Assembly: GCA_964520905.1 (NCBI GenBank)
Contig: CAZFQL010000011.1
Coordinates: 9,986-41,985 of the forward strand
Direction: 5' to 3'
DNA: 32,000 nt
From: an uncultured Chlorobiaceae bacterium
GTDB lineage: Bacteria > Bacteroidota > Ignavibacteria > UBA10030 > SZUA-254
Numbering within the stretch: position 1 is the first letter of the stretch; each line of letters starts with the position of its first letter. Position numbers and translations under genes: made by a program. Positions 1 to 10,620 of this stretch are shown one piece after another. The notes under the pieces were generated by a model. That model had not been told where the DNA came from, ran no database searches, and saw only the letters and a list, made by a program, of their open reading frames with translations.

Positions 1-1
1 C

Positions 2-1675
2 TCATCTAATTATCAATATAATCTAAGGTATTATTTTTCAGGGGGACTTTCCGGTGAGTATCGGAAAATGCTAGTCGGAGATCCGTCCGATCAAGATTAC
101 CGGAAGGACATCTCATATACTGCACATATCCGACATAATCAAGAGATAAATCCCACTACTCGATTGAACGTCAATTTTTCATTCGCGAGTAACAATTCAT
201 ATAAGAATACGATAGATATCAATCAGGCTTTGAGCCAGGATATTACATCGAATGCGACCCTCTCCAAATCGTGGGAAGGGACGCCGAATAGTATGAGTGT
301 CAATATTTCACGACGCCAGAATCTGATCAATGGAAATATAAATGAAACAATGCCGTCTATCAGTTTCAATCATAGTCAAAGTTATCCGCTCAGATTTGGA
401 AGTAAGTCGGTATCTTCATCTGATGCAGCATGGTACGAAATGATCGGGATGAGTTACAATGCAAACTTTACGAATAACAAGGCGAAGGTTCAACGTGAAC
501 TTGACAGCGTGAAGGTTCAAATAGACGGAAGAGATACTATTAAGACCGTAGAAAAATATGAGTTCGACCGTTATTATAAACTTTCGCAGGGTGTTGGTAT
601 CAATATTTCTCCGAAGCTGGGCTATTTTACAATTTCTCCTTCGATGAATTATTCTGATGAGCGGTCGTTTACCGACAATGACATTCCGACAGTCAATGAT
701 GGATTATTGCTGACGAAGAAGTACCAGAAGTGGGGGAGACGGGGTACGTTTTCCTCTGGAATTTCTGCAAGCACAAAACTGTACGGGATAGTTCAGCCCA
801 ATATTCTCGGAGTTGCCGCGATGCGCCATACTTTCTCGCCGGGTCTTTCATTCATGTATTCCAAGCAGATTATAGGGGAGAATTTACCGCCGAAACAGAT
901 GACGATGAATTTTAGTGTCGGAAATAATTTCGAGATGAAAACCAATCCGTCCGAGGAAGGAAAGGAAGGCAAAAAAATTCAATTATTAAATCTCAGTTCA
1001 GGTATTTCATACAATTTCAGCGCAGACAGTCTAAGATTTTCTGACATAAATGTGAATTACCGAACAGGCATCAGTAACATTGTGGACATCGGCGGCGGCG
1101 CGGTATTCGATTTATATAAATTGGAACAGATCGGACCTTCTACTTACAAAAAGGTGAATAAGTTTTTAATCAATGAAGAGGGCAGGCTTGCCCGTATGAA
1201 AAGTTTTTCAATCAGCATGTCAACTTCACTATCAGGTGATAAGAAAAAGTCAGGCGGAGAGACTTCTCTTGCCGATTCAACGGAACAGCGGAAACCTGTG
1301 AGCGGTTATTACGGATTAAGGAAGCAGGAAGAAGAACCGGATTTTAGCATACCATGGCGGCTATCTCTATCATGGGATTATTCGGAGAATAAAGTTCCCC
1401 CGAGCCGTTATCGTTCATCGAATGTGCGCGGGAATCTCGAATTCAATCTTACAGAAAACTGGAAGTTCTCGATGAATGGTGGTTATGATATCATCAACAA
1501 GGAATTCGTCATTCCTCAGATCAATATCAGCAGGGATCTTCATTGTTGGATAATGAATTTTTCATGGGTGCCGATAGGAACTTACAGGAATTATCAATTT
1601 GAAATTCGTTTAAAAGCTCCTCAACTACAGGATATCAAGATTACGAAATCCGGGAGTGCAAGCGGAATCTATTAG
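2..1675 (+). CDS. outer-membrane beta-barrel protein, C-terminal part (5' end outside window); possibly LptD-like
   Basis: The frame is open from base 2 with no stop before the listed ATG at 68, so the gene is cut by the window edge. It has an N/S/G/Y-rich alternating beta-strand pattern. It ends ...SGSASGIY, with an aromatic C-terminus typical of an OMP beta-signal. The LptD-like resemblance is from memory only. Confidence 0.55.
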   Translation, partial: SSNYQYNLRYYFSGGLSGEYRKMLVGDPSDQDYRKDISYTAHIRHNQEINPTTRLNVNFSFASNNSYKNTIDINQALSQDITSNATLSKSWEGTPNSMSVNISRRQNLINGNINETMPSISFNHSQSYPLRFGSKSVSSSDAAWYEMIGMSYNANFTNNKAKVQRELDSVKVQIDGRDTIKTVEKYEFDRYYKLSQGVGINISPKLGYFTISPSMNYSDERSFTDNDIPTVNDGLLLTKKYQKWGRRGTFSSGISASTKLYGIVQPNILGVAAMRHTFSPGLSFMYSKQIIGENLPPKQMTMNFSVGNNFEMKTNPSEEGKEGKKIQLLNLSSGISYNFSADSLRFSDINVNYRTGISNIVDIGGGAVFDLYKLEQIGPSTYKKVNKFLINEEGRLARMKSFSISMSTSLSGDKKKSGGETSLADSTEQRKPVSGYYGLRKQEEEPDFSIPWRLSLSWDYSENKVPPSRYRSSNVRGNLEFNLTENWKFSMNGGYDIINKEFVIPQINISRDLHCWIMNFSWVPIGTYRNYQFEIRLKAPQLQDIKITKSGSASGIY

Positions 1676-1777
1676 GTTAAACGGATGTATGAATATTCGG
1701 TTCTTCGGAAGAGACTGAAATGATTCCGGGGTTTGAACAAGTTGAGGAAAAATTCGACGGTTATCTCTTGAAAGGCG

Positions 1778-3040
1778 TCAAGCCGATGCTTTTCGTTCCT
1801 TGTAGAAGTAAGCCGGTTCTTTCTTTTTCGAAATAGTTTCCCTCGTTACAATACACTTGATTAAATTTTGCCGGGTAGGCAGATGGTACATGATATCCAG
1901 CATGGTATCTTCCAGAATCGAGCGCAACGCTCTTGCGCCTGTGCCTCGCTCAATCGCTTTTTCAACGACCAACTGAAGCGCATCGTCCTCAAATTCGAGA
2001 TCGACGCCTTCAAGCCGAAATAGTTTCTGGTACTGCTTCACAAGCGCGTTCTTCGGTTGAGTAAGAATATTGAGTAATGCGTTTTCGTCTAATGAATGTA
2101 AAGATGCGACGACATGCAGTCTTCCGATGAACTCGGGTATCAGCCCGAACTTCAAAAGATCATCCGGCTCAGTCAATGGAAGGTATTCATCGGCAGAATG
2201 TTCCTTTTTGCTTTTAATCGTTGCTCCGAATCCGATCGGATTTTGACTTATTCTTCGAGCGATGATTCTTTCAAGTCCTTCGAAAGCACCGCCGCACACG
2301 AAGAGAATGTTTTTAGTATTCAGATTGATAAGACTTTGTTCCGGGTGTTTGCGCCCGCCTTTTGGGGGTACACCTGCAATTGTTCCTTCCAGGATTTTTA
2401 ACAATGCTTGTTGAACGCCTTCACCTGATACATCGCGCGTGATGGATGTACTATCGCTTTTGCGTGCGATCTTATCAATTTCATCAATGTATACAATTCC
2501 TCTCTCAGCTCTTTCGACATTGAAATCGGCATTCTGGAGGAGATGGACGAGAACAGTCTCGACATCGTCACCGACATAACCTGCCTCGGTTAAAGTGGTT
2601 GCGTCAGCGATTGCAAATGGAACATCGAGAATTCTAGCAAGCGTTTGGGCAAGAAGAGTTTTTCCGGTGCCTGTGGGACCGAGTAAAAGAATATTGCTTT
2701 TTTCAATTTCCACATCGTCCATTGTATGGAGTTGTGACTTAGTGTCAATTCGTTTGTAATGATTGTACACAGCGACTGCGAGAGTTTTTTTCGCAAATTC
2801 TTGACCGATAACATAATCGTCGAGAGCTTTTTTTATCTCGATTGGAGTCAGCAGTCCTCGTGTCGATGTCCGTTTTGCGGATATTGCGGCGAGATTGCTA
2901 CGCAATATATCGACTGAACTCGCGACACATGCATCGCAGATATAGGCATCCGGTCCGGCGATAATACTTTGAACTTGATCAGCAGTTCTGCCGCAGAACG
3001 AACATTTGATCGGCTCATCTGTCTTTGGTCGTTGTGCCAT
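1778..3040 (-). CDS. clpX: ATP-dependent Clp protease ATP-binding subunit ClpX
   Basis: N-terminal zinc-binding CSFCGR...CDAC, Walker A GPTGTGKT, Walker [10 protein letters not shown], and full-length ClpX-like sequence. It lies 3 nt downstream of clpP. Confidence 0.97.
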   Translation of the reverse strand: MAQRPKTDEPIKCSFCGRTADQVQSIIAGPDAYICDACVASSVDILRSNLAAISAKRTSTRGLLTPIEIKKALDDYVIGQEFAKKTLAVAVYNHYKRIDTKSQLHTMDDVEIEKSNILLLGPTGTGKTLLAQTLARILDVPFAIADATTLTEAGYVGDDVETVLVHLLQNADFNVERAERGIVYIDEIDKIARKSDSTSITRDVSGEGVQQALLKILEGTIAGVPPKGGRKHPEQSLINLNTKNILFVCGGAFEGLERIIARRISQNPIGFGATIKSKKEHSADEYLPLTEPDDLLKFGLIPEFIGRLHVVASLHSLDENALLNILTQPKNALVKQYQKLFRLEGVDLEFEDDALQLVVEKAIERGTGARALRSILEDTMLDIMYHLPTRQNLIKCIVTRETISKKKEPAYFYKERKASA

Positions 3041-3043
3041 CGG

Positions 3044-3670
3044 CTATTTGTCTTTCTTTTGCTCTGTTCGTGTTTTTTTAAACAATAAATTATCTATCAA
3101 CCCGTAACTTTTTGCTTCTTCAGAAGACATGTAGAAATCTCTGTCGGTATCTTTTTCTACCTGCTCCAGCGGTTTACTGCAATGATGCGCGAGGATTTCG
3201 TTGATGCGTTTTTTCATGCGTAAAATCTCTTCTGCCTGGATGCTGATGTCGGTCGCGGTTCCCTGTGTGCCGCCCCAAGGTTGATGAATCATTATTCGAG
3301 AGTTTGGAAGGGAAGTTCGTTTACCCTTAGTACCGCCGGCGAGGAGAACTGCCGCCATGCTTGCCGCCATCCCGATACAAATGGTAGATATGTTCGGGCG
3401 GATATATTGCATGGTATCGTACACGGCGAGTCCGGCAGAAACTGAACCACCCGGACTATTAATGTACAAATTGATATCCTTATCCGGGTCTTCCGATTCC
3501 AGGAATAAAAGTTGTGCTATCACGAGGCTTGCGATAGTGTCGTCAATGGGAGTACTTATGAAGACAATCCGCTCCTTCAGTAATCGTGAAAAAATATCAT
3601 AGGCACGTTCACCGCGTCCTGTTTGTTCAACTACAATTGGAACCAGTTGGTTGATGATCTTATTACTCAT
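3044..3670 (-). CDS. clpP: ATP-dependent Clp protease proteolytic subunit ClpP
   Basis: Carries the ClpP motifs [19 protein letters not shown], catalytic-Ser region [14 protein letters not shown] and IMIHQP. Conserved tig-clpP-clpX order. Confidence 0.97.
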   Translation of the reverse strand: MSNKIINQLVPIVVEQTGRGERAYDIFSRLLKERIVFISTPIDDTIASLVIAQLLFLESEDPDKDINLYINSPGGSVSAGLAVYDTMQYIRPNISTICIGMAASMAAVLLAGGTKGKRTSLPNSRIMIHQPWGGTQGTATDISIQAEEILRMKKRINEILAHHCSKPLEQVEKDTDRDFYMSSEEAKSYGLIDNLLFKKTRTEQKKDK

Positions 3671-3716
3671 AATCTAATTTACCTTTCCGCTATTTTCAAT
3701 AGTAGATTTCATTGTA

Positions 3717-4991
3717 TTATTTTATCGGTTCTTCGACAACTTTCTCTGTTATGTGCGCGTGTTTCTTGAGTAAATCCGTCAATTTGTTATGAACGATCCG
3801 ATCCTTTACCGAATCGGACGATTTATAGAATTGGAGAAGGCGGTCTTTCTCAATTCCGAATTTTGAGGCTTCGTTTTCAGCTAATTGCTCGAAGTCGGCA
3901 TCCTCAATATTAATCTTTTCGGCTTCGATGATTTTTTCTTGTATCAAATACCATTTTGCCTGGAAGGTAGCGTACGTTCGGTTAGTCTCCCTGAATTTAT
4001 CTTCATTGAAATCCGGGGGCAATTTCTTATTTGGATACTGGTTTTTAAAATCCTCGAGGAGAGAATCAAGCACACCCTTAATGAGCGATTCAGGTACAGT
4101 GAACTCGTGTCGTCTGACTATCTCACCGATGATAGTATCAATAAGATTTCGCTCCGTCTGATCCTGCCAGTATTTTTCAATATCTTTCTGCATTTGTTGC
4201 CGAAAGTCAGAGACCGAAGTTACTTTATCTTTTGTGATTTTTTTAATAAATTCATCGTCCAATACCGGAAGAATTATCTTCTCGATTTTCTTTACTGTCA
4301 GCTCAAGGAATTCATTGTGCTTATGACCCTCATGTGTTTGTTCAAATTTAACTCGATGAACTTCTCCTGTTTTGGCATTGCCGAGAACATTTTTTATTTC
4401 AGGTATCATCGTCTCGTTGGCTAAATAAAAGCGGGCATCTGGAGTTGTCTTACCGATCAGCGGATTTCCCGTTTCATCAAGCTGCTGTATATCGGCTGTA
4501 ACAAGATATTCTTCGTCTGTGACCGAATCTGCCGGCTCAAGCGTACTGTTGGATTTTTTCAGGCGGAGAAGTTCGCCGGCAAGCTCATGTTCGGTCGCTT
4601 TATGAATGATCTTTTCTGCGGGTATATTTTTATATTCCTTAAGCTCGATTGTGGGTTTTATTTCATACTTCACCTTGAAACTTAGCAGTTCGCCGCGTTT
4701 GTAATCGATATCGGTAAGTACCGGTTCACCGATAGGGTATATTTCTTTTTCTTTCACAACCTGTCGATAAACATCGCTCGCAATTGTGTTGAGAGAATCG
4801 TACTCGATGCTCTCGCCATATATTTGCTTCACCATGTTGAGCGGCGCTTTACCCTTTCGAAATCCCTTGATTTCGATTTTGGATTGATAACGTTTATATG
4901 CCTCCTCAAGATGAGGCGCAAGCTCTGCGGCATCCGTTTGGATTTGAATTTCTTTTTCTACATCAGATACATCGGTGATTGATATTTCCAT
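3717..4991 (-). CDS. tig: trigger factor
   Basis: N-terminal ribosome-binding GFRKGKAP motif and a 424-aa acidic, K/E-rich chaperone-like sequence. It sits upstream of clpP-clpX. Confidence 0.93.
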   Translation of the reverse strand: MEISITDVSDVEKEIQIQTDAAELAPHLEEAYKRYQSKIEIKGFRKGKAPLNMVKQIYGESIEYDSLNTIASDVYRQVVKEKEIYPIGEPVLTDIDYKRGELLSFKVKYEIKPTIELKEYKNIPAEKIIHKATEHELAGELLRLKKSNSTLEPADSVTDEEYLVTADIQQLDETGNPLIGKTTPDARFYLANETMIPEIKNVLGNAKTGEVHRVKFEQTHEGHKHNEFLELTVKKIEKIILPVLDDEFIKKITKDKVTSVSDFRQQMQKDIEKYWQDQTERNLIDTIIGEIVRRHEFTVPESLIKGVLDSLLEDFKNQYPNKKLPPDFNEDKFRETNRTYATFQAKWYLIQEKIIEAEKINIEDADFEQLAENEASKFGIEKDRLLQFYKSSDSVKDRIVHNKLTDLLKKHAHITEKVVEEPIK

Positions 4992-5161
4992 CGGTTCTTC
5001 TCTTTTTCTTTAAGATCAAAATCGAACATGCTGATAAACGTTCGCATCTTTACGATCTGATTCGTGATAATGATGATATAAAAAAGGGATATTGATAAAA
5101 AGATATTTCACATTTTATTGAATATTGAAATAATGATTCCCATCCCGAATATTTTGTTTCG

Positions 5162-5244
5162 TGGGTAAGGGGGGACTTGAACCCCCACGGGTATTCCCCA
5201 CTAGATCCTAAGTCTAGCGCGTATGCCAATTCCGCCACTTACCC
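5162..5244 (-). tRNA. tRNA-Leu (anticodon TAG)
   Basis: The reverse complement folds as a cloverleaf: acceptor GGGTAAG/CTTACCC, anticodon stem CTAGA/TCTAG with loop CTTAGGA, long variable arm, T-arm GGGGG-TTCAAGT-CCCCC. Confidence 0.9.
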
Positions 5245-5446
5245 TTATTCATGTTATGGAATTCTTAATGGGAGAATGTCGATTTATTCGATATTCAAAA
5301 CACATATATTTTCAATGAAATAAATATCTTCAAACTTTTCATCATCAATATACGGCTTTTTTCCGGGAACTTCAATAAAGATGTAAATTCATCTTATTCG
5401 CGCTGACAAACTCCCTATAAGCCAAGATAAGAACTGCCTTCACCGA

Positions 5447-5824
5447 TCAATTTGTTTTTTCTTTTAGCACACGGTCGATGCAGGCAAGCAGGGTTCTGAT
5501 TTCATAAGGTTTTGTCAGAAAATCATTCGCGCCGAATTGCAAACTGTCTCTCGCGATTTTTAGTTCGTCAACGCCTGTAAGCATTATTACTTTTTCCGCA
5601 AGATTCTTCTCCCGAATTCTTTTTAGAACTTCCATGCCGTCTATACCCGGCATCCTGATGTCTAAGATAACCAGTTCAAAACGGTTGATTTCCATTTTTT
5701 CGAGCGCAGTTTCACCATTATCGGCTTCATCCACATCATATCCGCGCTGTTCTAGTTCTGAGCGAACCAGCAACCGAAGTGTGTCTTCATCATCTACAAT
5801 TAGCAGTTTAGCTTTATCTGGCAT
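5447..5824 (-). CDS. single-domain response regulator (CheY-like receiver)
   Basis: LLIVDDEDT acidic pocket, phospho-acceptor context VILDIRMPGIDG, and a conserved TKP near the C-terminus. I prefer the internal start MPDKAKLL (5824) to the listed upstream ATG at 5860. Confidence 0.85.
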   Translation of the reverse strand: MPDKAKLLIVDDEDTLRLLVRSELEQRGYDVDEADNGETALEKMEINRFELVILDIRMPGIDGMEVLKRIREKNLAEKVIMLTGVDELKIARDSLQFGANDFLTKPYEIRTLLACIDRVLKEKTN

Positions 5825-5986
5825 TGTTTTTCCCCATAAAAATTTGCAATAATATAGCACAGTTTCATCGGAAAAGCAAACTGAAATTATACAAAAGTGA
5901 TGTGAGACTCACGCCGAAGTTCTCAATGTGTTGCTCTGAAAAAAGAAAATGAGTATATTTTACATGCTGAAAGATTAAATCAATAA

Positions 5987-6060
<74 letters not shown>

Positions 6061-6304
6061 CGATATTGTTGAGTAGCGCGGTTTGGTAACTGTGTTTTTT
6101 TGCTCTTCCATCGCTGCATCTTGATTATCTTTGATATTTTGAGTATCTTTATACTCAATTTTCCAGGTGTCTTGTTTATTCCTTATCGTCTGATGGCTTA
6201 TTTCGGATCAGGTCCGGGAGCGGATGCCCTCCCAAATAGGAATGAAACGCTACGATAAAATAAAATGTTCTTTATTCAATATAGGTTTATCAATCATCTC
6301 ACAT

Positions 6305-6380
6305 GGTGTCCATAGTTCAGTTTGGTTAGAACGCCAGGTTGTGGCCCTGGAGGTCGTGGGTTCAAGTCCCACTGGACACC
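6305..6380 (+). tRNA. tRNA-His (anticodon GTG) with encoded G-1
   Basis: An extra 5' G precedes acceptor GTGTCCA/TGGACAC. Anticodon stem CCAGG/CCTGG with loop TTGTGGC, T-loop TTCAAGT. Confidence 0.9.
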
Positions 6381-6388
6381 CTCAGAAA

Positions 6389-6462
6389 ATTGCGGATTTT
6401 GAATTGTTGATTTCGGATTTTTCTATATCAAATCCGCAATCTTAAATCCCCAATCCGAAATC
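6389..6462. repeat. four interdigitated AATCCG-core inverted repeats in the tRNA-His/tRNA-Glu spacer
   Basis: attgcggattt (6389-6399) and gatttcggattt (6409-6420) are complementary to aaatccgcaat (6430-6440) and aatccgaaatc (6452-6462). Either a nested or a pseudoknot-like pairing is possible. Confidence 0.6.
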
Positions 6463-6468
6463 AGGTCT

Positions 6469-6541
6469 GCCCCCATCGTCTAGAGGCCTAGGACACGAGC
6501 TTTTCAAGCTTGTAACACGAGTTCGAATCTCGTTGGGGGCA
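6469..6541 (+). tRNA. tRNA-Glu (anticodon TTC)
   Basis: Acceptor GCCCCCA/TGGGGGC, GTCTAGAGGCCTAGGAC D-region typical of tRNA-Glu, anticodon loop TTTTCAA, T-loop TTCGAAT. Confidence 0.9.
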
Positions 6542-6654
6542 CAAAAAAAAACCTCAACACGGTTCTGCGCCGAAGGCGCATCCGCCTCTGGCGGAGAATC
6601 CGGTTGTGGGCACGATGAAACATAATTTACCTATAAGTATAGTTCATTAATCAT

Positions 6655-7629
6655 ATGCGTGCAATTATTCCAGTCGCGGGATTTGGCAGCCGGCTTAGAC
6701 CGCACACTTATACTTTACCGAAAGTTTTACTTAATGTCGCCGGGAAGCCGATCATCGGACATATCCTCGATAAAATTATCGAAGATGGTTTTAACGAGGC
6801 GACTATCATAGTGGGACACCTTGGTGATAAGATTCGTGATTACGTTCTATCGCAATACAAAATCAATGTCGATTTCGTAGAACAAGCCGAAGCAAAAGGG
6901 CTGGCGCACGCAATCTATCTTGCACATGAATCGTTCTCTTCCGAACCTATTCTTATTATTCTTGGAGACACAATCTTCGACGTAGATCTGAAACCCGTTA
7001 TTAAAGGTCAGCATTCTGCAATTGGTGTTAAACAAGTTGCTGATCCGCGCCGCTTTGGCGTTGTTGAACTCACTGACGGTTTTGCTGAGAATTTAATCGA
7101 GAAACCGGAGGAACCAAAAAGCAACCTCGCTATTGTGGGACTTTATTGGATCAGAAATCCGAAACTTCTTGTACAATGCATCAATGAACTTTTTATTAAG
7201 GATAAAAAAACAAAAGGCGAATACCAATTGACCGACGCTCTGCAATTGATGATCCAGCAAGGAGAGAAAATTAAAACGTTCGATGTTGAGGGATGGTACG
7301 ATTGCGGGAAACCGGAAACACTTCTCGCTACAAACCGTCATCTGCTAAGCAAAATTCCCAACAAAAAGAAATTAGACGGCGTAGTTATTATTCCACCGGT
7401 ATTCATCTCCGATCAAGCTAAAGTGACAAACTCGATCATCGGTCCTTACGCAACAATTAGTGACGGCGCTGAAATTGTTGATTCCATCATTAAGAATTCC
7501 ATCGTGAGTGAAGACGCTCAGGTACGCCAGGTACTTATCGATAACTCAATCGTGGGTAACAATGCCGTGGTGACAGGTAATTTTAAACGTATTAATATTG
7601 GTGATTCATCTGAAATAGCAATCAATTAA
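6655..7629 (+). CDS. sugar-phosphate nucleotidyltransferase with C-terminal left-handed beta-helix (RmlA/GlmU superfamily)
   Basis: N-terminal AIIPVAGFGSRLRPHTYTLPKVLL nucleotide-binding signature, and C-terminal hexapeptide-like I/V-x-x-x-x-x periodicity. It lies 14 nt upstream of metK. Confidence 0.8.
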   Translation: MRAIIPVAGFGSRLRPHTYTLPKVLLNVAGKPIIGHILDKIIEDGFNEATIIVGHLGDKIRDYVLSQYKINVDFVEQAEAKGLAHAIYLAHESFSSEPILIILGDTIFDVDLKPVIKGQHSAIGVKQVADPRRFGVVELTDGFAENLIEKPEEPKSNLAIVGLYWIRNPKLLVQCINELFIKDKKTKGEYQLTDALQLMIQQGEKIKTFDVEGWYDCGKPETLLATNRHLLSKIPNKKKLDGVVIIPPVFISDQAKVTNSIIGPYATISDGAEIVDSIIKNSIVSEDAQVRQVLIDNSIVGNNAVVTGNFKRINIGDSSEIAIN

Positions 7630-7643
7630 CGATAGGATAACTC

Positions 7644-8804
7644 ATGTCATATCTATTTACTTCCGAGTCCGTTTCCGAAGGACATCCAGATAAAGTCTGC
7701 GATCAGATTTCCGATGGAGTATTGGATTCTCTTTTAGCGCAGGATTCGATGTCCCGCGTTGCCTGTGAATGTTTTGTAACTACCGGACTTGTATTGGTAG
7801 GTGGCGAGGTAACTACTAAGGGTTATGTTGATGTTCAGAAGGTTGTACGCGATGTTGTAAAAAATATCGGATACACAGAAGCGGGAGTCGGTTTTGATGC
7901 CGATTCATGCGCAGTGCTTTCAACATTGCATTCGCAATCTCCCGATATCGCACAAGGTGTCGATACCGGTGGTGCGGGTGATCAGGGGATGATGTTCGGC
8001 TATGCATGCAATGAAACTCCGGAATTGATGCCGATGCCGATTATGTTTGCTCATAAACTTGTAAAGCGTTTAGCCGACATCCGGAAACATGAAAACGGGT
8101 TGATGCCTTACATACGTCCGGATTCAAAATCTCAGGTTACAATTGAATACGAGGGGAAGAAGCCGATTCGCGTTCACACCGTCGTTGTTTCAACTCAACA
8201 TTCGCCGGAAGTTAAACAGAGAAAAATTAAAGAAGACGTTATTGAAAAGGTAGTAAAGCACGTCATACCCGCGAAAATGTTAGATAGTAAAACCAAGTAT
8301 TTCGTCAACCCGACAGGTATGTTTGAAATTGGCGGACCCCACGGTGACAGTGGTTTAACCGGCAGGAAGATTGTCGTCGATACATACGGTGGACGAGCGC
8401 CGCATGGCGGTGGAGCGTTTTCGGGAAAAGATCCTACAAAAGTCGACAGAAGCGCCGCCTACGCTGCCCGCCATCTTGCAAAGAATATTGTTGCCTCCGG
8501 ATTAGCGAGTGAATGTCTGATTCAGGTTGCGTATGCAATCGGTGTGAAAGAACCGGTTTCAATTCATACACAAACATTTGGAACGGGAATAATGCCCGAC
8601 GTCGAGCTTGAGCAATTTATTCAGAAGAATACTCACGAAGGCGGTCCGATCGATTTAACTCCGCGCGGAATTATCAAACGTCTCGATCTGCGAAGACCCA
8701 TCTATAGGAAAACCGCCGCATACGGTCATTTTGGAAGAAGTGAAAAAGAATTTTCGTGGGAGAAACTTGATTTAGTTAAGATGCTGAGGAAAGCGGTGAA
8801 GTAG
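7644..8804 (+). CDS. metK: S-adenosylmethionine synthetase
   Basis: [32 protein letters not shown] and [19 protein letters not shown] are hallmark MetK motifs. Confidence 0.97.
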   Translation: MSYLFTSESVSEGHPDKVCDQISDGVLDSLLAQDSMSRVACECFVTTGLVLVGGEVTTKGYVDVQKVVRDVVKNIGYTEAGVGFDADSCAVLSTLHSQSPDIAQGVDTGGAGDQGMMFGYACNETPELMPMPIMFAHKLVKRLADIRKHENGLMPYIRPDSKSQVTIEYEGKKPIRVHTVVVSTQHSPEVKQRKIKEDVIEKVVKHVIPAKMLDSKTKYFVNPTGMFEIGGPHGDSGLTGRKIVVDTYGGRAPHGGGAFSGKDPTKVDRSAAYAARHLAKNIVASGLASECLIQVAYAIGVKEPVSIHTQTFGTGIMPDVELEQFIQKNTHEGGPIDLTPRGIIKRLDLRRPIYRKTAAYGHFGRSEKEFSWEKLDLVKMLRKAVK

Positions 8805-8854
8805 ATTTTGTTAAATGGTTAATTTGTCGATTGGTTAATTAGAGATAAAGGAAG

Positions 8855-9244
8855 ATGGAAACTTCCGGATATAGTTTCGAAGATTTGGATGTATACAAAC
8901 TCGCACGAGAGCTTCGACGAAAGATTTACCAATTGATTAAAAGTATTCCCACCGATGAGAAACATAATCTTCAATCCCAGATGCGTCGGGCTGCGCTATC
9001 ATTAACAAATAATATTGCAGAGGGTCATGGTCGATACCATTATCAAGAAAATATCCAGTATCTCAGACAATCAAGAGGATCGTTAGAAGAGTTGATGGAT
9101 GATTTAAATGTATGTTTAGATGAAAATTATTTGACTGAAGAATATGTCAATATTTTAAAAGAAGAATCATATAATTTATTAAAGAAATTAAACGGATACA
9201 TCGTTTATCTACGGAAAAGAAAAGATGAAGCAACAACTCATTAA
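8855..9244 (+). CDS. four-helix-bundle protein (23S rRNA intervening-sequence protein family)
   Basis: 129 aa with LDVYKLA...LTNNIAEGHGRYH...YLRQSRGSLEEL, characteristic of the four-helix-bundle / 'S23 ribosomal' family. It is inserted between metK and ahcY. Confidence 0.8.
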   Translation: METSGYSFEDLDVYKLARELRRKIYQLIKSIPTDEKHNLQSQMRRAALSLTNNIAEGHGRYHYQENIQYLRQSRGSLEELMDDLNVCLDENYLTEEYVNILKEESYNLLKKLNGYIVYLRKRKDEATTH

Positions 9245-9278
9245 CCAATTAACCAATTCACCAATTAATTAAGAACAT

Positions 9279-10559
9279 ATGGATTACAAAAAAGGTAAAT
9301 ACAAAGTCAAAGATATAAAATTAGCGAGCGAAGGCAAACAATTGATTGCGTGGGCGGAATCGCGAATGCCGGTGCTTATGGCGCTTCGTGAAAAATACCG
9401 GAAAACAAAACCATTTAAAGGTTATCGTATTGCGGGATGTTTACATGTTACTAAAGAAACCGCAGTGCTCGTGAAAACTTTTGTCGAAGCAGGCGCTCAG
9501 GTAAGCTGGAGCGGATGCAATCCTCTTTCAACGAATGATGCGGCGGCGGCGGCTCTCGCGGCTGATGGAGTTTCTATTTTCGCATGGCACGGTATGTCGG
9601 TAAAAGAATTTTACTGGTGCATCGAAGAGACATTGAAGATTCATCCTAACCTCACTCTTGATGACGGAGCTGATTTAATCTTCACAATTCACAATAAACA
9701 TCCTGAATTTGCAAAGAAGTATGTAATTGGCGGAACTGAAGAAACTACAACCGGCGTACACCGTTTGCGTGCTATGGCAAGAGACGGCGCTTTGAAATAT
9801 CCGGTCGTTGCGGTGAATGATGCTGAAACAAAATGGGATTTCGATAACGTGTACGGTACCGGTCAATCTACGCTGGACGGTATACTCCGTGCAACGAGCA
9901 TCCTGATTGCAGGGAAGAATGTTGTAATTGCTGGCTATGGACATTGCGGCAAGGGCGTAGCGATGAGAGCGAAGGGACTTGGCGCTAACGTAATTGTAAC
10001 AGAAATTAAACCGACCGCCGCGCTGAAAGCAATACTGGAAGGAATGCGCGTCATGAAGATGGATGAAGCGGCGAAGATCGGCGATGTGTTCATTACTGCA
10101 ACGGGCGTTAAAGATATAATCGTTGATCGTCATTTTAGAGTGATGAAAGAGGGTGCTATCGTTTGCAACACGGGTCATTACGATTGTGAGGTCAATCTCA
10201 ACCACGTCGGTAAATTAGCTAAGGGAATAAAAGAAGTTCGGGCTAACAATGAACAATACTCGATGAAAAACGGCAGACGTATTTACGTACTTGCAAAAGG
10301 AAGATTAGTTAATCTTGCCGCGGCAGAAGGACATCCATCGGAAGTTATGGATATGTCGTTTGCGAACCAGTTCATGTCACAGCTTCGGTTAGCGGAGATT
10401 CATAAGCAGGGCAAGCGTCTTGATAATAAAGTTTACGATATCCCTGTCGAGCAGGATCAGGAAATTGCCAGCGTTAAGTTGGCGACTATGGGTTTGAAGA
10501 TCGATAAACTCACTGCCGAGCAAAGAAAATATATGGATGACTACAGCGCCGGAACGTGA
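9279..10559 (+). CDS. ahcY: adenosylhomocysteinase
   Basis: Full-length AhcY-like sequence with a GYGHCGKGVA NAD-binding Rossmann motif and the C-terminal KLT.EQ..Y tail. Confidence 0.97.
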   Translation: MDYKKGKYKVKDIKLASEGKQLIAWAESRMPVLMALREKYRKTKPFKGYRIAGCLHVTKETAVLVKTFVEAGAQVSWSGCNPLSTNDAAAAALAADGVSIFAWHGMSVKEFYWCIEETLKIHPNLTLDDGADLIFTIHNKHPEFAKKYVIGGTEETTTGVHRLRAMARDGALKYPVVAVNDAETKWDFDNVYGTGQSTLDGILRATSILIAGKNVVIAGYGHCGKGVAMRAKGLGANVIVTEIKPTAALKAILEGMRVMKMDEAAKIGDVFITATGVKDIIVDRHFRVMKEGAIVCNTGHYDCEVNLNHVGKLAKGIKEVRANNEQYSMKNGRRIYVLAKGRLVNLAAAEGHPSEVMDMSFANQFMSQLRLAEIHKQGKRLDNKVYDIPVEQDQEIASVKLATMGLKIDKLTAEQRKYMDDYSAGT

Positions 10560-10593
10560 TTTGGTGAGTTGTAAGTTGTGAGTGGAGAATAAA

Positions 10594-10620
10594 AAGGTGA
10601 CCGAGTGGTCACCTTCTTTT
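10594..10620 (+). terminator. rho-independent terminator after ahcY
   Basis: Perfect 9-bp stem aaggtgacc/ggtcacctt with loop gagt, followed by cttttat. Confidence 0.75.

Noticed and set aside
9243-9266. Tandem 8-mers aaccaatt x3 as a CRISPR or microsatellite locus
   Set aside because: The units are far too short, there are no spacers, and no cas genes are present. They are interpreted as part of the inverted flanks of the four-helix-bundle gene. No CRISPR array is visible anywhere in the window.
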